From: a virus
Taxonomy: Duplodnaviria; Caudoviricetes
DNA length: 63,990 nucleotides
Virus record (IMG/VR): IMGVR_UViG_3300021960_000068
Coordinates: 1 to 63,990 of that record
Strand: one strand, 5' to 3'
The position numbers were made by a program, and so were the translations under genes. Positions 26,439 through 36,665 of this stretch are shown piece after piece. The number at the start of each line of letters is the position of its first letter. Positions within the stretch are counted from its first letter, which is position 1. The notes beneath the pieces were generated by a model. That model was not told the DNA's origin. It saw nothing but the letters and a program-made list of their open reading frames with translations, and made no database searches.

Positions 26439-26954
26439 ATGGACTATAAAAATCCTTTAAAAATGATCGACCCATTAACTGGTATGGAGATGACAATGCA
26501 ACCACCAGTACCAGCTAATCAGATGGGTGTTGCTAAGCCTGTGTTTAGCCCTCAAGCGCAGGGTATGGCGCAAACTATTTATGGCACGCCCGAGCAACGG
26601 CAAATGTCCATGGGACAGCAAGCGCCCGTGTTTATGAAAGATATTCCAGAAGGTAATAAAGGCGCGGGGCTTAGATCTTTAGACGATAGTGTTGTAGAGC
26701 AAATGGGTTATGACTCAGCTACTAAAATGGTTTCACCGTTAAACGACAATCACCCTGGTCGTAATAGCGTGGGTGCTAAAATGGTAGGTAAAGAAATACC
26801 TAAAAAAATGTCAAAAAAACTAACTGAAAAGCCTAGAGTACCAGTAGTAGAAAATTCAATGCAAGCTTTTGGCGTTACTAAAGATGGTAAAAAAGTAAAT
26901 TTAGGGAAAATAACAAGCACTGAAATTCCTGAAACAGATTTTAAACAAAGATAA
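26439..26954 (+). CDS. Met/Pro-rich hypothetical protein
   Basis: Low-complexity ORF in the late operon. Confidence 0.6.
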   Translation: MDYKNPLKMIDPLTGMEMTMQPPVPANQMGVAKPVFSPQAQGMAQTIYGTPEQRQMSMGQQAPVFMKDIPEGNKGAGLRSLDDSVVEQMGYDSATKMVSPLNDNHPGRNSVGAKMVGKEIPKKMSKKLTEKPRVPVVENSMQAFGVTKDGKKVNLGKITSTEIPETDFKQR

Positions 26955-26956
26955 TT

Positions 26957-27166
26957 ATGGATCACAATATAGGAAAATTACTTGGAAAACCTACACTAGA
27001 AGGACAAGTAGGAGAATCACACGTTTGGGACGGGCCATTAGATACTACTGGTTTTCCAATGGGTAAAGGAAGTAGCTCTGGTATTACAGGTATGCAGGTT
27101 AAAAAATATCCTTGCAAATCGTATAGCTTACAAGGGCCAATAACCCAACGGGCTAAAGGATTTTAA
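26957..27166 (+). CDS. Hypothetical protein
   Basis: 69-aa ORF. Confidence 0.6.
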   Translation: MDHNIGKLLGKPTLEGQVGESHVWDGPLDTTGFPMGKGSSSGITGMQVKKYPCKSYSLQGPITQRAKGF

Positions 27167-27167
27167 G

Positions 27168-27323
27168 ATGAGTCTTAACGATTTAAAATTATACGCTATT
27201 AATACAACTACACTTGGTGTAACTACATTTGCACAAATAGAAATGAGTTTAAAAGTATTACTTTTGATAGTAACCATTGGTTACACGTTGTCTAAATGGA
27301 TTCAGCTTAAAAAGAAAAAATAA
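27168..27323 (+). CDS. Putative holin / small membrane protein (51 aa)
   Basis: Hydrophobic SLKVLLLIVTIGYTL followed by KKKK; TAATG overlap with the endolysin. Confidence 0.65.
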   Translation: MSLNDLKLYAINTTTLGVTTFAQIEMSLKVLLLIVTIGYTLSKWIQLKKKK

Positions 27324-27685
27324 TGTTTAAGTATTTTACTTACGAAGAGTTCGATTCGCCTGACGTACAAGGTAGCGGGCAGATGATGAGTAAAAAACTT
27401 ATAAGCATATTAGATAGCATAAGAGAAGAGCTAGGCACACCTTTACGTATAACATCTGGTTATCGAACACCTTCACATAACGAAGCTGTAGGTGGAACAA
27501 GTAAGTCATCTCATTTAAAAGGACTTGCTGTAGATATAGCTTGCAGCAAAAGTAAAGAACGTTTTTCTTTAATTAGAGAATTATTAGAACACGGTGTAGA
27601 CCGTATAGGTATTGGTGATACTTTTATTCACGCTGATATAGACGATGATAAATCACCTAATGTAATTTGGACATATGGCAACTGA
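27323..27685 (+). CDS. Endolysin, peptidase M15A family
   Basis: ITSGYR, SHLKGLAVDI, FIHAD zinc-binding motifs. Confidence 0.92.
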   Translation: MFKYFTYEEFDSPDVQGSGQMMSKKLISILDSIREELGTPLRITSGYRTPSHNEAVGGTSKSSHLKGLAVDIACSKSKERFSLIRELLEHGVDRIGIGDTFIHADIDDDKSPNVIWTYGN

Positions 27686-27935
27686 TAAGAAAACACTTAA
27701 GTGTAACAAACCTCGGCGTACGCCAGATCATAAAACTAAATCACATATTGTAAAAGCTTGCAGTGGTGGTTTAGAAAAAATTATAAGATTTGGTCAGCAA
27801 GGTGTTAGCACAGCTGGTAAAAAAACAGATGCTAAGTCTAAAGCACGTAGAGCTAGTTTTAAAGCTCGTCACGCTAAAAACATTAAAAAAGGAAAAATGT
27901 CTGCCGCGTACTGGGCTGACAAAGTTAAATGGTAA
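27675..27935 (+). CDS. Small basic protein (IRFGQQG...FKARH...AYWA type)
   Basis: Motif pattern recalled from widespread viral basic proteins. Confidence 0.7.
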   Translation: MATDKKTLKCNKPRRTPDHKTKSHIVKACSGGLEKIIRFGQQGVSTAGKKTDAKSKARRASFKARHAKNIKKGKMSAAYWADKVKW

Positions 27936-28090
27936 TGAAATCAAAAGGACTAGGAGACGACATAGCAAAGTTTACTAAAGCTACAGGTATTAAAACTGTA
28001 GTTGATAAACTTTCAGAGGGATTAAATATTCCTTGCGGTTGTTCTGCTAGACAAGCCTGGTTTAACGATAAAGTACCTTACAACAAATAA
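27935..28090 (+). CDS. Hypothetical 51-aa protein (GLGD...CGC type)
   Basis: MKSKGLGDDIAKFTKATGIK...PCGCSARQAWFN; TAATG coupling. Confidence 0.7.
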   Translation: MKSKGLGDDIAKFTKATGIKTVVDKLSEGLNIPCGCSARQAWFNDKVPYNK

Positions 28091-28091
28091 T

Positions 28092-28400
28092 ATGGCTTTT
28101 AAATTAACACCACCATTTTCAATAGACAATACTCCTATATACAGTGTAGATATGGAGGACGGTGTGTTAGGAAAAGCTAATAATAACGGTACGATTATTA
28201 TAAATAAAAACGTTTCACCTAATAAAATGCAAGAGGTTATTGATCATGAAATGATACATATAGACCAAATGCGTAGAGGTGATCTTGATTACGATAATGA
28301 AAACGTATATTGGAAAGGTAGGATAATACCTCGCTCGAGTATTAAAGAAGGAGCTAAAAACTTACCATGGGAAAAAGAAGCTTATAACAAAACAAAATAA
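28092..28400 (+). CDS. Zincin-like metallopeptidase
   Basis: HEMIH plus downstream PWEKEAY. Confidence 0.75.
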   Translation: MAFKLTPPFSIDNTPIYSVDMEDGVLGKANNNGTIIINKNVSPNKMQEVIDHEMIHIDQMRRGDLDYDNENVYWKGRIIPRSSIKEGAKNLPWEKEAYNKTK

Positions 28401-28405
28401 AAAAA

Positions 28406-29017
28406 ATGTCAGATTTAAAAAAAGCGCAAGAGCTTAGGGCTAGAAGAGAAATGGTTCGGCAAAAACAACAAGATTCTATAGAAAAAAGAGATATGAAAGC
28501 AAACGCTACTCGTGCTGAAAATATAGCACGGAGAAAAAGAGCGGCGGAAAAAGTAGGTAAAACATTTTCTTACAAAGATACAGTAACACCAAATGTTGTG
28601 GGCGGTCCGTTAAACTATGGATCACCAATGAAAAAATCATCGTGTATTAAAATGTACGATAGCAAAGGAAAACCTGCTGGTCTTATGGCTGAAGGATCTA
28701 TGGCTTATATGGAATCTATAGGTCAAGAAAAAAGTAACTTAATGCAAGATATGCCTGTTGATGACAAAGCATCAGCTATGGAAATGTCTCCATATAAAAT
28801 GGATCACGGTTCTCCTGCTAAAGAAACTGATACAAATAAAAAACCAACTACTATGGATTTTAATATTGGATCTGGACTTGTAGATAAAAAAGGTAGCCGC
28901 AGAAAAGAGTTTGAAAAAGCTTTTGCAACTGCAAGAAAAGCTGGTGTAAAAGAATTTACTTATAATGTTGGAGAAGAGCCTAAAAAGAAATACACTACAA
29001 AGCTTAAAGGCGAATAA
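28406..29017 (+). CDS. Basic/Met-rich hypothetical protein
   Basis: SPxK repeats; FEKAFATARKAGVKEF..KYTT motif. Confidence 0.65.
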   Translation: MSDLKKAQELRARREMVRQKQQDSIEKRDMKANATRAENIARRKRAAEKVGKTFSYKDTVTPNVVGGPLNYGSPMKKSSCIKMYDSKGKPAGLMAEGSMAYMESIGQEKSNLMQDMPVDDKASAMEMSPYKMDHGSPAKETDTNKKPTTMDFNIGSGLVDKKGSRRKEFEKAFATARKAGVKEFTYNVGEEPKKKYTTKLKGE

Positions 29018-29025
29018 TAAAATAA

Positions 29026-29424
29026 ATGAAAAAAATTCTTCAATTTATAACTGGAGGTCTCATTAAAGACATAGGTCAAGTAATAGATGATCTAGTAACT
29101 ACTGATGAAGAAAGACTTGCAGCTAAACAAAAAGTTGAAGAGTTGCTAGAGCAAGCTGATAAAGATGCTCAAGACCAGGTAACAGCAAGATGGGAGTCGG
29201 ATATGAAGTCCGATTCCTTCTTGTCTAAAAATATAAGACCAATGGTTCTTATATACCTTACCTTTATATTTTCTGTATTAGCATTTTTTGATGGTAACAT
29301 AGGAGAGTTTTCAATAGCAGAGGATTATATACCTATATTTCAGTCGCTATTAATAACTGTGTATGGCGCTTATTTCGTGGGTCGTACGTGGGAAAAAGGT
29401 AAAAAAATAAGTAATAATAAGTAA
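29026..29424 (+). CDS. Holin (GTA-type 3TM family)
   Basis: RWESDM..SFLSKNIRP, hydrophobic segments, YFVGRTWEK. Confidence 0.85.
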   Translation: MKKILQFITGGLIKDIGQVIDDLVTTDEERLAAKQKVEELLEQADKDAQDQVTARWESDMKSDSFLSKNIRPMVLIYLTFIFSVLAFFDGNIGEFSIAEDYIPIFQSLLITVYGAYFVGRTWEKGKKISNNK

Positions 29425-29449
29425 AGTTAAATAACTTAAATTAAATTAA

Positions 29450-29719
29450 ATGTCAAATTCAATTACAGCTGAAGAGCTTAAAACTATTAAAGAACAACAA
29501 TCACAACTAAGTACTGTTGTAAATCAGATCGGCCAATTAGAAGCAAATAAACACTCGCTGCTTCATAAGATCGCCGGAATTAATGAAGGTATTGAAGATA
29601 CTAAAAAACAACTAGAAGAAACATACGGAGCTATTAATATTAATTTAGAAGATGGTACGTACACTGAAATTGAAAAAGAAGATGAAGGTGAACTAGCTGT
29701 AGTTAAGTCAGAAGACTAA
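29450..29719 (+). CDS. Coiled-coil hypothetical protein
   Basis: YGAININLEDG. Confidence 0.7.
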   Translation: MSNSITAEELKTIKEQQSQLSTVVNQIGQLEANKHSLLHKIAGINEGIEDTKKQLEETYGAININLEDGTYTEIEKEDEGELAVVKSED

Positions 29720-29946
29720 TGAGTACTGTTATAAGAAAAATCAGTATTGGTTCTGATTACAAAAACGACGCGATGCATTATGCTGTTGGCCAGCAAGTAT
29801 ATGGCGGGCACGAGATATCGCATATTTTGTTTGAAGATAAAGATGCTTCTTATAACATATTTATAAAGAAAAACAACGAGGTATTGCCATGGAAGAAGTT
29901 TAATTCTAACATGGCAGTATCTGTTGAATATGATTTAGAATATTAA
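29719..29946 (+). CDS. Hypothetical protein
   Basis: IRKISIGSDYKNDAMHY. Confidence 0.75.
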   Translation: MSTVIRKISIGSDYKNDAMHYAVGQQVYGGHEISHILFEDKDASYNIFIKKNNEVLPWKKFNSNMAVSVEYDLEY

Positions 29947-30551
29947 TGAGAAGTGTTTTTGATTTTATAGTCACGCCTGTTGAAAGTAGGTATGACAATG
30001 AAGTTGATATAAATGGTAATAAACTTATAGTTAATTCTAGTATAGAAAACTTTAAGTTAATAAGTAGAAAAGCTATAGTTATTTCTACACCATCAGCTTA
30101 TTCAACACCAATAGAAGAAGGTGACGAGGTTATAATACATCACAACGTATTTAGAAGATATTATAACCAAAAAGGTAAAGAGGTTGATAGTAGCAAAACG
30201 CTAAACGATAATCAATACCTATGCCAATTAGATCAAATATATCTTTACAAAAATATATACCAGTGGAAACCTTTGGGTGAACATTGCTTTATAATGCCAA
30301 TAAAAAATACAGACGACTGGTCACAAGAACCAGAAGTAAAAAATAAAGGTATAGTAAAGATAGGTAATAAAACCTTAAAAACTTTAGGTATAAACGAAGG
30401 TGATCTTGTTGGGTTTAAATCTAATAGAGAGTTTGAGTTTGTTATTAACAAACAAAGACTATACTGTATGCAATCAAATGATATTTTAGTTAAGTATGAG
30501 TTCAAAGGAAACGAGGAAGAATATAATCCAAGCTGGGCAAAGAGCAGTTGA
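29946..30551 (+). CDS. GroES-like beta-barrel protein (possibly two domains)
   Basis: IEEGDEVIIHHN and INEGDLVGF...LYCM patterns. Confidence 0.55.
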   Translation: MRSVFDFIVTPVESRYDNEVDINGNKLIVNSSIENFKLISRKAIVISTPSAYSTPIEEGDEVIIHHNVFRRYYNQKGKEVDSSKTLNDNQYLCQLDQIYLYKNIYQWKPLGEHCFIMPIKNTDDWSQEPEVKNKGIVKIGNKTLKTLGINEGDLVGFKSNREFEFVINKQRLYCMQSNDILVKYEFKGNEEEYNPSWAKSS

Positions 30552-30768
30552 GGAGTTAATAAAGGTAGCTAAAGAACCTATAGTTGATTCAGATGATGAT
30601 ATATCTGCTGATAGACTTAAGAACGCGGCTGCTACAAAAAAGCTAGCTATATTCGATGCTTTTGAGATACTCGCTAGAATAGAAGAAGAAAAATCAATGC
30701 TTGACGGTGATGCTAAAGAAACTAAAGAAAAAAGTTTCAAAGGTTTTGCGGAAGGTAGATCAAGATAA
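30496..30768 (+). CDS. Probable terminase small subunit
   Basis: Helical 90-aa ORF directly upstream of TerL. Confidence 0.55.
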   Translation: MSSKETRKNIIQAGQRAVEELIKVAKEPIVDSDDDISADRLKNAAATKKLAIFDAFEILARIEEEKSMLDGDAKETKEKSFKGFAEGRSR

Positions 30769-32993
30769 TGTACGAGCAGTCTTTAGTTAAAACAATAAAA
30801 GACCACATAAAACCTAAAGTTTTAAAAAGAAACAATAGGTATAAAAAGTGGAGGTATGGTTACGACGTTGAACATGACGTTGTTGTTATTAGTAAAGACG
30901 GAACCATAGGTGAAATCATTGAGATACAAAATCTCAAGATAGCATTGCCTAAAAAACCTGAAAATGTTTTTAGTAATTCTAAAAAAACAGAAGAACAGGT
31001 GTGGGTTAAAGCAGAATATCCAAAAGCTTTATCGAAAATAAAAAGTGTTTTTGATTGGCAGCGATATCCTAATAGTTTTAAAGAAGAATGGTACGATTAC
31101 ATAGATGAAGAATTTAAAAGACGTGAACAAGGTTATTGGTTCTATAATAGAGGTTTGGCTACTTACATTACTGGTTCTCACTATATGTTCTTGCAGTGGA
31201 GTAAGATTGACGTTGGGGCAGCAGACTATAGGGAATCAAACAGATTATTCTTTATATTCTGGGAAGCTTGCAAAGCAGACCAGAGATGCTATGGTATGTG
31301 CTACCTCAAAAACCGACGATCTGGTTTCTCATTTATGGCTTCAGCAGACACGGTTAACCAGGCAACAATCAGCTCAGACTCGAGATTCGGTATATTATCA
31401 AAATCAGGGGCTGATGCTAAAAAAATGTTTACCGACAAGGTAGTACCAATATCAATTAACTATCCTTTCTTTTTCCGTCCTATACAAGACGGTATGGATA
31501 GACCTAAAACAGAGCTAGCTTATAGAGTACCAGCATCAAAACTAACACGTAGAAAGCTAGATGAAGGTATTGCGTCAGAAGAAATAGAAGGTCTTGACAC
31601 AACTATTGACTGGAAAAACACAGGTGATAACAGCTATGATGGTGAAAAACTAAAGCTGCTTGTACATGATGAATCTGGTAAGTGGGAAAGACCTGATAAC
31701 ATACTAAACAACTGGAGAGTTACAAAAACCACAATGCGATTAGGTAGCAAGATTGTTGGTAAATGTATGATGGGATCAACATCAAACGCTATAGAAAAAG
31801 GTGGTGGAAACTTTAAAAAATTGTACTATGCTTCAGACGTTACGCAAAGAAACCGCAATGGGCAGACTAGCTCAGGACTATATAGTTTGTTCATACCTAT
31901 GGAATGGAACTACGAGGGATTCATTGATGCTTATGGCATACCTGTATTCGACAAACCAAAAGACGCCGTTAGAGATCCGCACGGAGACCTCATCACAACA
32001 GGTGTTATCGAACACTGGGAAAATGAAGTAGATGGCCTTAAAAATGACCAGGATAGCTTAAACGAATACTACCGCCAGTTTCCGCGTACAGAGAAACACG
32101 CGTTCAGAGATGAAGCTAAGTTATCTTTATTTAATCTAACTAAAATATACGAGCAGATAGATTACAACGAAGACATGAGAAATAAAACCTTAGTAACGCA
32201 AGGTAATTTCCAATGGACTGGAGGAGTAAAAGATACAACAGTTAATTTTATACCAGAAAACAATGGTAGGTTTTTAGTATCTTGGATTCCACCTGCAATA
32301 TTACAAAATCGTGTAATAATAAAGAATGGAGTTAAACATCCAGGTAACGAGCACGTAGGTGCTTTTGGATGTGACTCATATGATATATCAGGTACAGTAG
32401 ATAAGCGAGGTTCTAAAGGATCTTTGCACGGGCTTACAAAGTTTAGCATGGAAGAAGCTCCTTTTAATATGTTCTTTTTAGAATATATATCAAGACCTCC
32501 GACAGCTGAAATATTCTTTGAAGATGTGCTTATGGCTTTACATTTTTATGGCATGCCTATACTAGCAGAGAATAACAAGCCAAGGCTATTGTATTATTTA
32601 AAAAGAAGAGGTTATAGAAACTTCTCTATAAATAGACCTGACAAAACATTTAACAAGCTTTCAGTTGCAGAAAGAGAAATAGGTGGTATACCTAACTCTA
32701 GCGAGGATATTAAACAAGCGCATGCTGCTGCTATAGAATCTTATATAGAAGATCACGTAGGTTTAAAAGAAACTGAGTATGGTCAAATGTATTTTCAACG
32801 TACGCTCGAAGACTGGGCTAAGTTTAACATAAACAATAGAACAAAGTTCGATGCAACAATAAGTTCTGGTCTAGCTATAATGGCTTGCAACAAAAACAAA
32901 TACTCACCAGTGGCTGAAATAAAAAAAGAGCCAGTTAGTATTAATTTTACAAAATACGATAACACAGGTTATTCTTCAAAAATAATAAAATAA
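30768..32993 (+). CDS. Terminase large subunit
   Basis: KNRRSGFS (Walker A variant), LLVHDESGKW, GSTSN, nuclease GCDSYD; precedes portal. Confidence 0.9.
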   Translation: MYEQSLVKTIKDHIKPKVLKRNNRYKKWRYGYDVEHDVVVISKDGTIGEIIEIQNLKIALPKKPENVFSNSKKTEEQVWVKAEYPKALSKIKSVFDWQRYPNSFKEEWYDYIDEEFKRREQGYWFYNRGLATYITGSHYMFLQWSKIDVGAADYRESNRLFFIFWEACKADQRCYGMCYLKNRRSGFSFMASADTVNQATISSDSRFGILSKSGADAKKMFTDKVVPISINYPFFFRPIQDGMDRPKTELAYRVPASKLTRRKLDEGIASEEIEGLDTTIDWKNTGDNSYDGEKLKLLVHDESGKWERPDNILNNWRVTKTTMRLGSKIVGKCMMGSTSNAIEKGGGNFKKLYYASDVTQRNRNGQTSSGLYSLFIPMEWNYEGFIDAYGIPVFDKPKDAVRDPHGDLITTGVIEHWENEVDGLKNDQDSLNEYYRQFPRTEKHAFRDEAKLSLFNLTKIYEQIDYNEDMRNKTLVTQGNFQWTGGVKDTTVNFIPENNGRFLVSWIPPAILQNRVIIKNGVKHPGNEHVGAFGCDSYDISGTVDKRGSKGSLHGLTKFSMEEAPFNMFFLEYISRPPTAEIFFEDVLMALHFYGMPILAENNKPRLLYYLKRRGYRNFSINRPDKTFNKLSVAEREIGGIPNSSEDIKQAHAAAIESYIEDHVGLKETEYGQMYFQRTLEDWAKFNINNRTKFDATISSGLAIMACNKNKYSPVAEIKKEPVSINFTKYDNTGYSSKIIK

Positions 32994-35417
32994 ATGGTTT
33001 ATACTAATGTTAATAGTTCTTTTCCAAGTCAGGTAGTACCAGACGCAGAGAAAAATACTTATGATTACGGCTTAGCCGTAGGTAGAGCTATTGAGAACGA
33101 ATGGTTTAGAGGTGACAAAGGTTTAGGTGCTGGTGGTCGTTTTGGTAATAGTTGGCAAGACTTTCACAGACTTAGACTATACGCCAGGGGCGAGCAGTCA
33201 GTTGCTAAATACAAAGATGAATTATCTATTAATGGTGATTTATCTTATTTAAATTTAGACTGGAAACCAGTAGCTGTATTATCTAAGTTTGTAGATATTG
33301 TAGTAAATGGCATGACTGATAAAGGTTATAAAATAAAGTCATTTGCTTCAGATCCTTACGCTGTAAAAGAAAGAACAGCTCACGCTACTGGACTAGCTCA
33401 AGATGCTTTTGCACAACAATTAATAGAACAAGCAAAACAAAATTTAGGCATTGACGTTAAAAGAACCAACGTACCGCAAAACCAATTGCCAAAAAGTAAA
33501 GAAGAATTAGAGCTTCATATGCAGTTATCATATAAGCAAGCTATAGAAATAGCTGAAGAAGAGCTTATTGAAAATGTTTTTGATTATAATAAATATGAAG
33601 AAATTAAAAAAAGAATAGCATATGATTTAGTTGTTTTAGGTATTGGTGCTACAAAAACTAATTTTAATTTAGCTAATGGTATTACTGTTGATTATGTAGA
33701 CCCTGCTAATTTAGTTTATTCATATACAGAAGATCCTAATTTTGAAGATATTTATTATGTAGGCGAAATGAAATCAATGAGCCTACAAGAGGTTAAAAAG
33801 CTTTTCCCTTACTTAACAGATTCTGATTTAGAAGAAATACAAAAATACCCTGGCAATTCTAATTACACGCGTAATTACTATGGCCAAGATGATCAATACA
33901 ACCAGGTTCAGGTTTTATTTTTTGAATATAAAACCTATAATAACCAAGTATTTAAAATAAAAGAAACAGATCAAGGTCTTGAAAAAGCTTTAGAAAAAGA
34001 CGATTCTTTTAATCCACCTGAAAATGCTGAAAACTATAACAAGGTACATCGAGCAATAGAGGTTTTATACAGCGGAGCTAAAATACTTGGCTACGAAAAA
34101 ATGTTAAAGTGGGAGTTAGCTGAGAATATGACACGTCCTTATAGTGATCAAACTAAAGTTCAAATGAACTATAGCATTACAGCTCCAAGAATATATAAAG
34201 GTCGTATAGATAGTTTAGTAAGTAGATGTATTAGTTTTGCTGATATGATACAGCTTACACATTTAAAAATACAACAAGTACTAGCGCGTATGGTACCTGA
34301 TGGTGTATTTGTAGATGTAGATGGTTTAGCAGAAGTAGATCTTGGTAATGGCACAAACTATAATCCGCAAGAAGCCTTAAACATGTATTTCCAAACTGGT
34401 AGTATTGTAGGTAGAAGTTTAACACAAGATGGTGATCCTAACAGAGGTAAAGTACCTATTCAGGAGTTACAAACGTCTTCTGGTATGGCTAAAATCCAGG
34501 CGCTCACACAAACGTATCAATACTATTTACAAATGATACGTGATGTAACCGGGCTTAACGAAGCTAGAGACGGTAGTCAACCAGCTAAAGATTCGTTAGT
34601 AGGTTTACAAAAACTAGCCGCGGCAGCTTCTAATACAGCTACAAAACATATATTACAATCGTTAATGTATTTAACAGTGCGTAACGCTGAAAATATAAGT
34701 TTAAAAGCGGCTGATATGATAAGCTTCCCGCTTTTAAAAAGCTCGTTGATGAACAGTATAAGCACGTTTAATGTTGATACATTAGAACAAATAGAAAAAC
34801 TAAATATGCATGAATTTGGTATATTCTTAGAGCTTGAACCAGAAGAAGAAGATAAGCAAAATCTAGAAAGGAATATACAAATAGCTTTACAAAACGGTGG
34901 TATTGATCTTGAAGATGTTATAGATATTAGAGAAATATCTAATATTAAACTTGCAAATCAGATGCTTAAAATAAAACGTAAGCAAAAGCAGGAGCGTGAT
35001 CAGCAGATTACTCAAGCAAATATACAAGCTCAAGCTCAAGCAAACGCTCAAACAGCTGAACAAGCAGCTTTAGCAGAAATGCAAAAGCAACAAGCTTTAG
35101 CACAAACAGAGTTGCAAATAGAGCAAGGAAAATCTCAGTTTAAAATTCAGCAAATGCAAACTGAAGCTGAAATTAAAAAGCAATTAATGGCGGAGAAGTT
35201 TAACTACGACATGCAATTAGCTAAATTAGATGTTGATGCTCAAAAACAAAAAGAAAAAGAAATAGAAGATCGTAAAGACGAGCGTGCTAGAATTATAGGC
35301 ACGCAACAATCAGAGATGATTTCGCAACGTCAAAACGATGAACTACCTAAAAACTTTGAGTCATCTGGATTTGACTCACTAGGAGGATTTGGACTTGAAC
35401 AGTTTGAACCTCGTTGA
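32994..35417 (+). CDS. Portal protein
   Basis: 807 aa after TerL; KFVDIVVNG, TGLNEARDG, Q-rich C-terminal coiled coil. Confidence 0.85.
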   Translation: MVYTNVNSSFPSQVVPDAEKNTYDYGLAVGRAIENEWFRGDKGLGAGGRFGNSWQDFHRLRLYARGEQSVAKYKDELSINGDLSYLNLDWKPVAVLSKFVDIVVNGMTDKGYKIKSFASDPYAVKERTAHATGLAQDAFAQQLIEQAKQNLGIDVKRTNVPQNQLPKSKEELELHMQLSYKQAIEIAEEELIENVFDYNKYEEIKKRIAYDLVVLGIGATKTNFNLANGITVDYVDPANLVYSYTEDPNFEDIYYVGEMKSMSLQEVKKLFPYLTDSDLEEIQKYPGNSNYTRNYYGQDDQYNQVQVLFFEYKTYNNQVFKIKETDQGLEKALEKDDSFNPPENAENYNKVHRAIEVLYSGAKILGYEKMLKWELAENMTRPYSDQTKVQMNYSITAPRIYKGRIDSLVSRCISFADMIQLTHLKIQQVLARMVPDGVFVDVDGLAEVDLGNGTNYNPQEALNMYFQTGSIVGRSLTQDGDPNRGKVPIQELQTSSGMAKIQALTQTYQYYLQMIRDVTGLNEARDGSQPAKDSLVGLQKLAAAASNTATKHILQSLMYLTVRNAENISLKAADMISFPLLKSSLMNSISTFNVDTLEQIEKLNMHEFGIFLELEPEEEDKQNLERNIQIALQNGGIDLEDVIDIREISNIKLANQMLKIKRKQKQERDQQITQANIQAQAQANAQTAEQAALAEMQKQQALAQTELQIEQGKSQFKIQQMQTEAEIKKQLMAEKFNYDMQLAKLDVDAQKQKEKEIEDRKDERARIIGTQQSEMISQRQNDELPKNFESSGFDSLGGFGLEQFEPR

Positions 35418-35450
35418 AAATAAAATCCTTTAATTTTATATTATTATATT

Positions 35451-36653
35451 ATGTCAGAAGAAGTAAAACAAGAAGGAGAATTTAAAATAAAGACTCCTAC
35501 TAAACCTAAAAACTTAGGTGAAAAAAACGAAGTAACTAAAATTGAAATACCTAAAGAAGGTATTGAATATCAAGCAGAAGTAATTCCTGAGGTTACTAAA
35601 GTAGAAATAAAAAACGAAGATGCCGTTCAAACACAAGAGACAGATGATAGCAATGCTACTATCGAAGAATCCAAAAACGAAGCAAGTAGCGAAGAAGTGG
35701 CTCAGGAAGTACGGGCCACCGAGGAAGAGCCGGTAATACAAGAAATAACAGAAGAAGAAGTACAAGAGCAAACTGAAACTTTGCAAGAGCAAGTTAACGA
35801 AGCCGTACAACAATCTGTTGAACAAAATATTAATCTACCTGAAAACATTGAAAAAGTTGTAAACTTTATGAATGAAACAGGTGGTACATTAGAAGATTAT
35901 GTTAGGCTAAACGCTGACTATTCTAATGTTGACAATAACACGCTTTTAAGAGAATATTATCTTCAAAGCAAACCTCATCTAGACGCAGAAGATGTATCGC
36001 TTCTTTTAGAAGACTTTACATGGGATGAAGATATAGATGATGAAAAAGATATTCGCAAGAAAAAAATTGCGTATAAAGAAGAAGTTGCAAAAGCCAAAGG
36101 TTTTTTAGAAAGCTTAAAGGATAAATATTACGACGAGATCAAGTTGAGACCGGGCGTAACTCAAGAGCAGCAAAAAGCAGTTGACTTTTTCAATCGATAC
36201 AATGAAGAACAACAAGCAATAACAAGCAACAGGAATTCTTTTATTGATCGTACTAAAAATTTATTTAATGATAATTTCAAAGGTTTTGATTTTAAAGTTG
36301 GTGAAACTAAATTTAGATACGGTGTTAAAAATCCTAAAAACGTGGCTGAATCGCAATCCAATATTGACAACTTCGTTAAGACGTTCTTAAACGATAAAGG
36401 GGAAATTGGAGATATGCAAGGATATCACAAAGCTTTGTTCGCTGCGCGAAACGCTGATACTATAGCTCAACATTTTTATGAGCAAGGAAAAGCTGACGCT
36501 GTTAAAGATGTTATGGCTAAATCGAAAAACATTTCGACTGAGCCTCGTCAAACAGCTGCTGGTGAAGTATTTGTTAATGGAATTAAAGTTAAAGCAATGA
36601 GCGGTGTTGATTCTTCAAAATTGAAAATCAAAAAAGTAACAATAAAAAAATAA
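35451..36653 (+). CDS. Capsid scaffolding protein
   Basis: E-rich N-terminus; lies between portal and capsid. Confidence 0.7.
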   Translation: MSEEVKQEGEFKIKTPTKPKNLGEKNEVTKIEIPKEGIEYQAEVIPEVTKVEIKNEDAVQTQETDDSNATIEESKNEASSEEVAQEVRATEEEPVIQEITEEEVQEQTETLQEQVNEAVQQSVEQNINLPENIEKVVNFMNETGGTLEDYVRLNADYSNVDNNTLLREYYLQSKPHLDAEDVSLLLEDFTWDEDIDDEKDIRKKKIAYKEEVAKAKGFLESLKDKYYDEIKLRPGVTQEQQKAVDFFNRYNEEQQAITSNRNSFIDRTKNLFNDNFKGFDFKVGETKFRYGVKNPKNVAESQSNIDNFVKTFLNDKGEIGDMQGYHKALFAARNADTIAQHFYEQGKADAVKDVMAKSKNISTEPRQTAAGEVFVNGIKVKAMSGVDSSKLKIKKVTIKK

Positions 36654-36665
36654 AAATAAATAATT

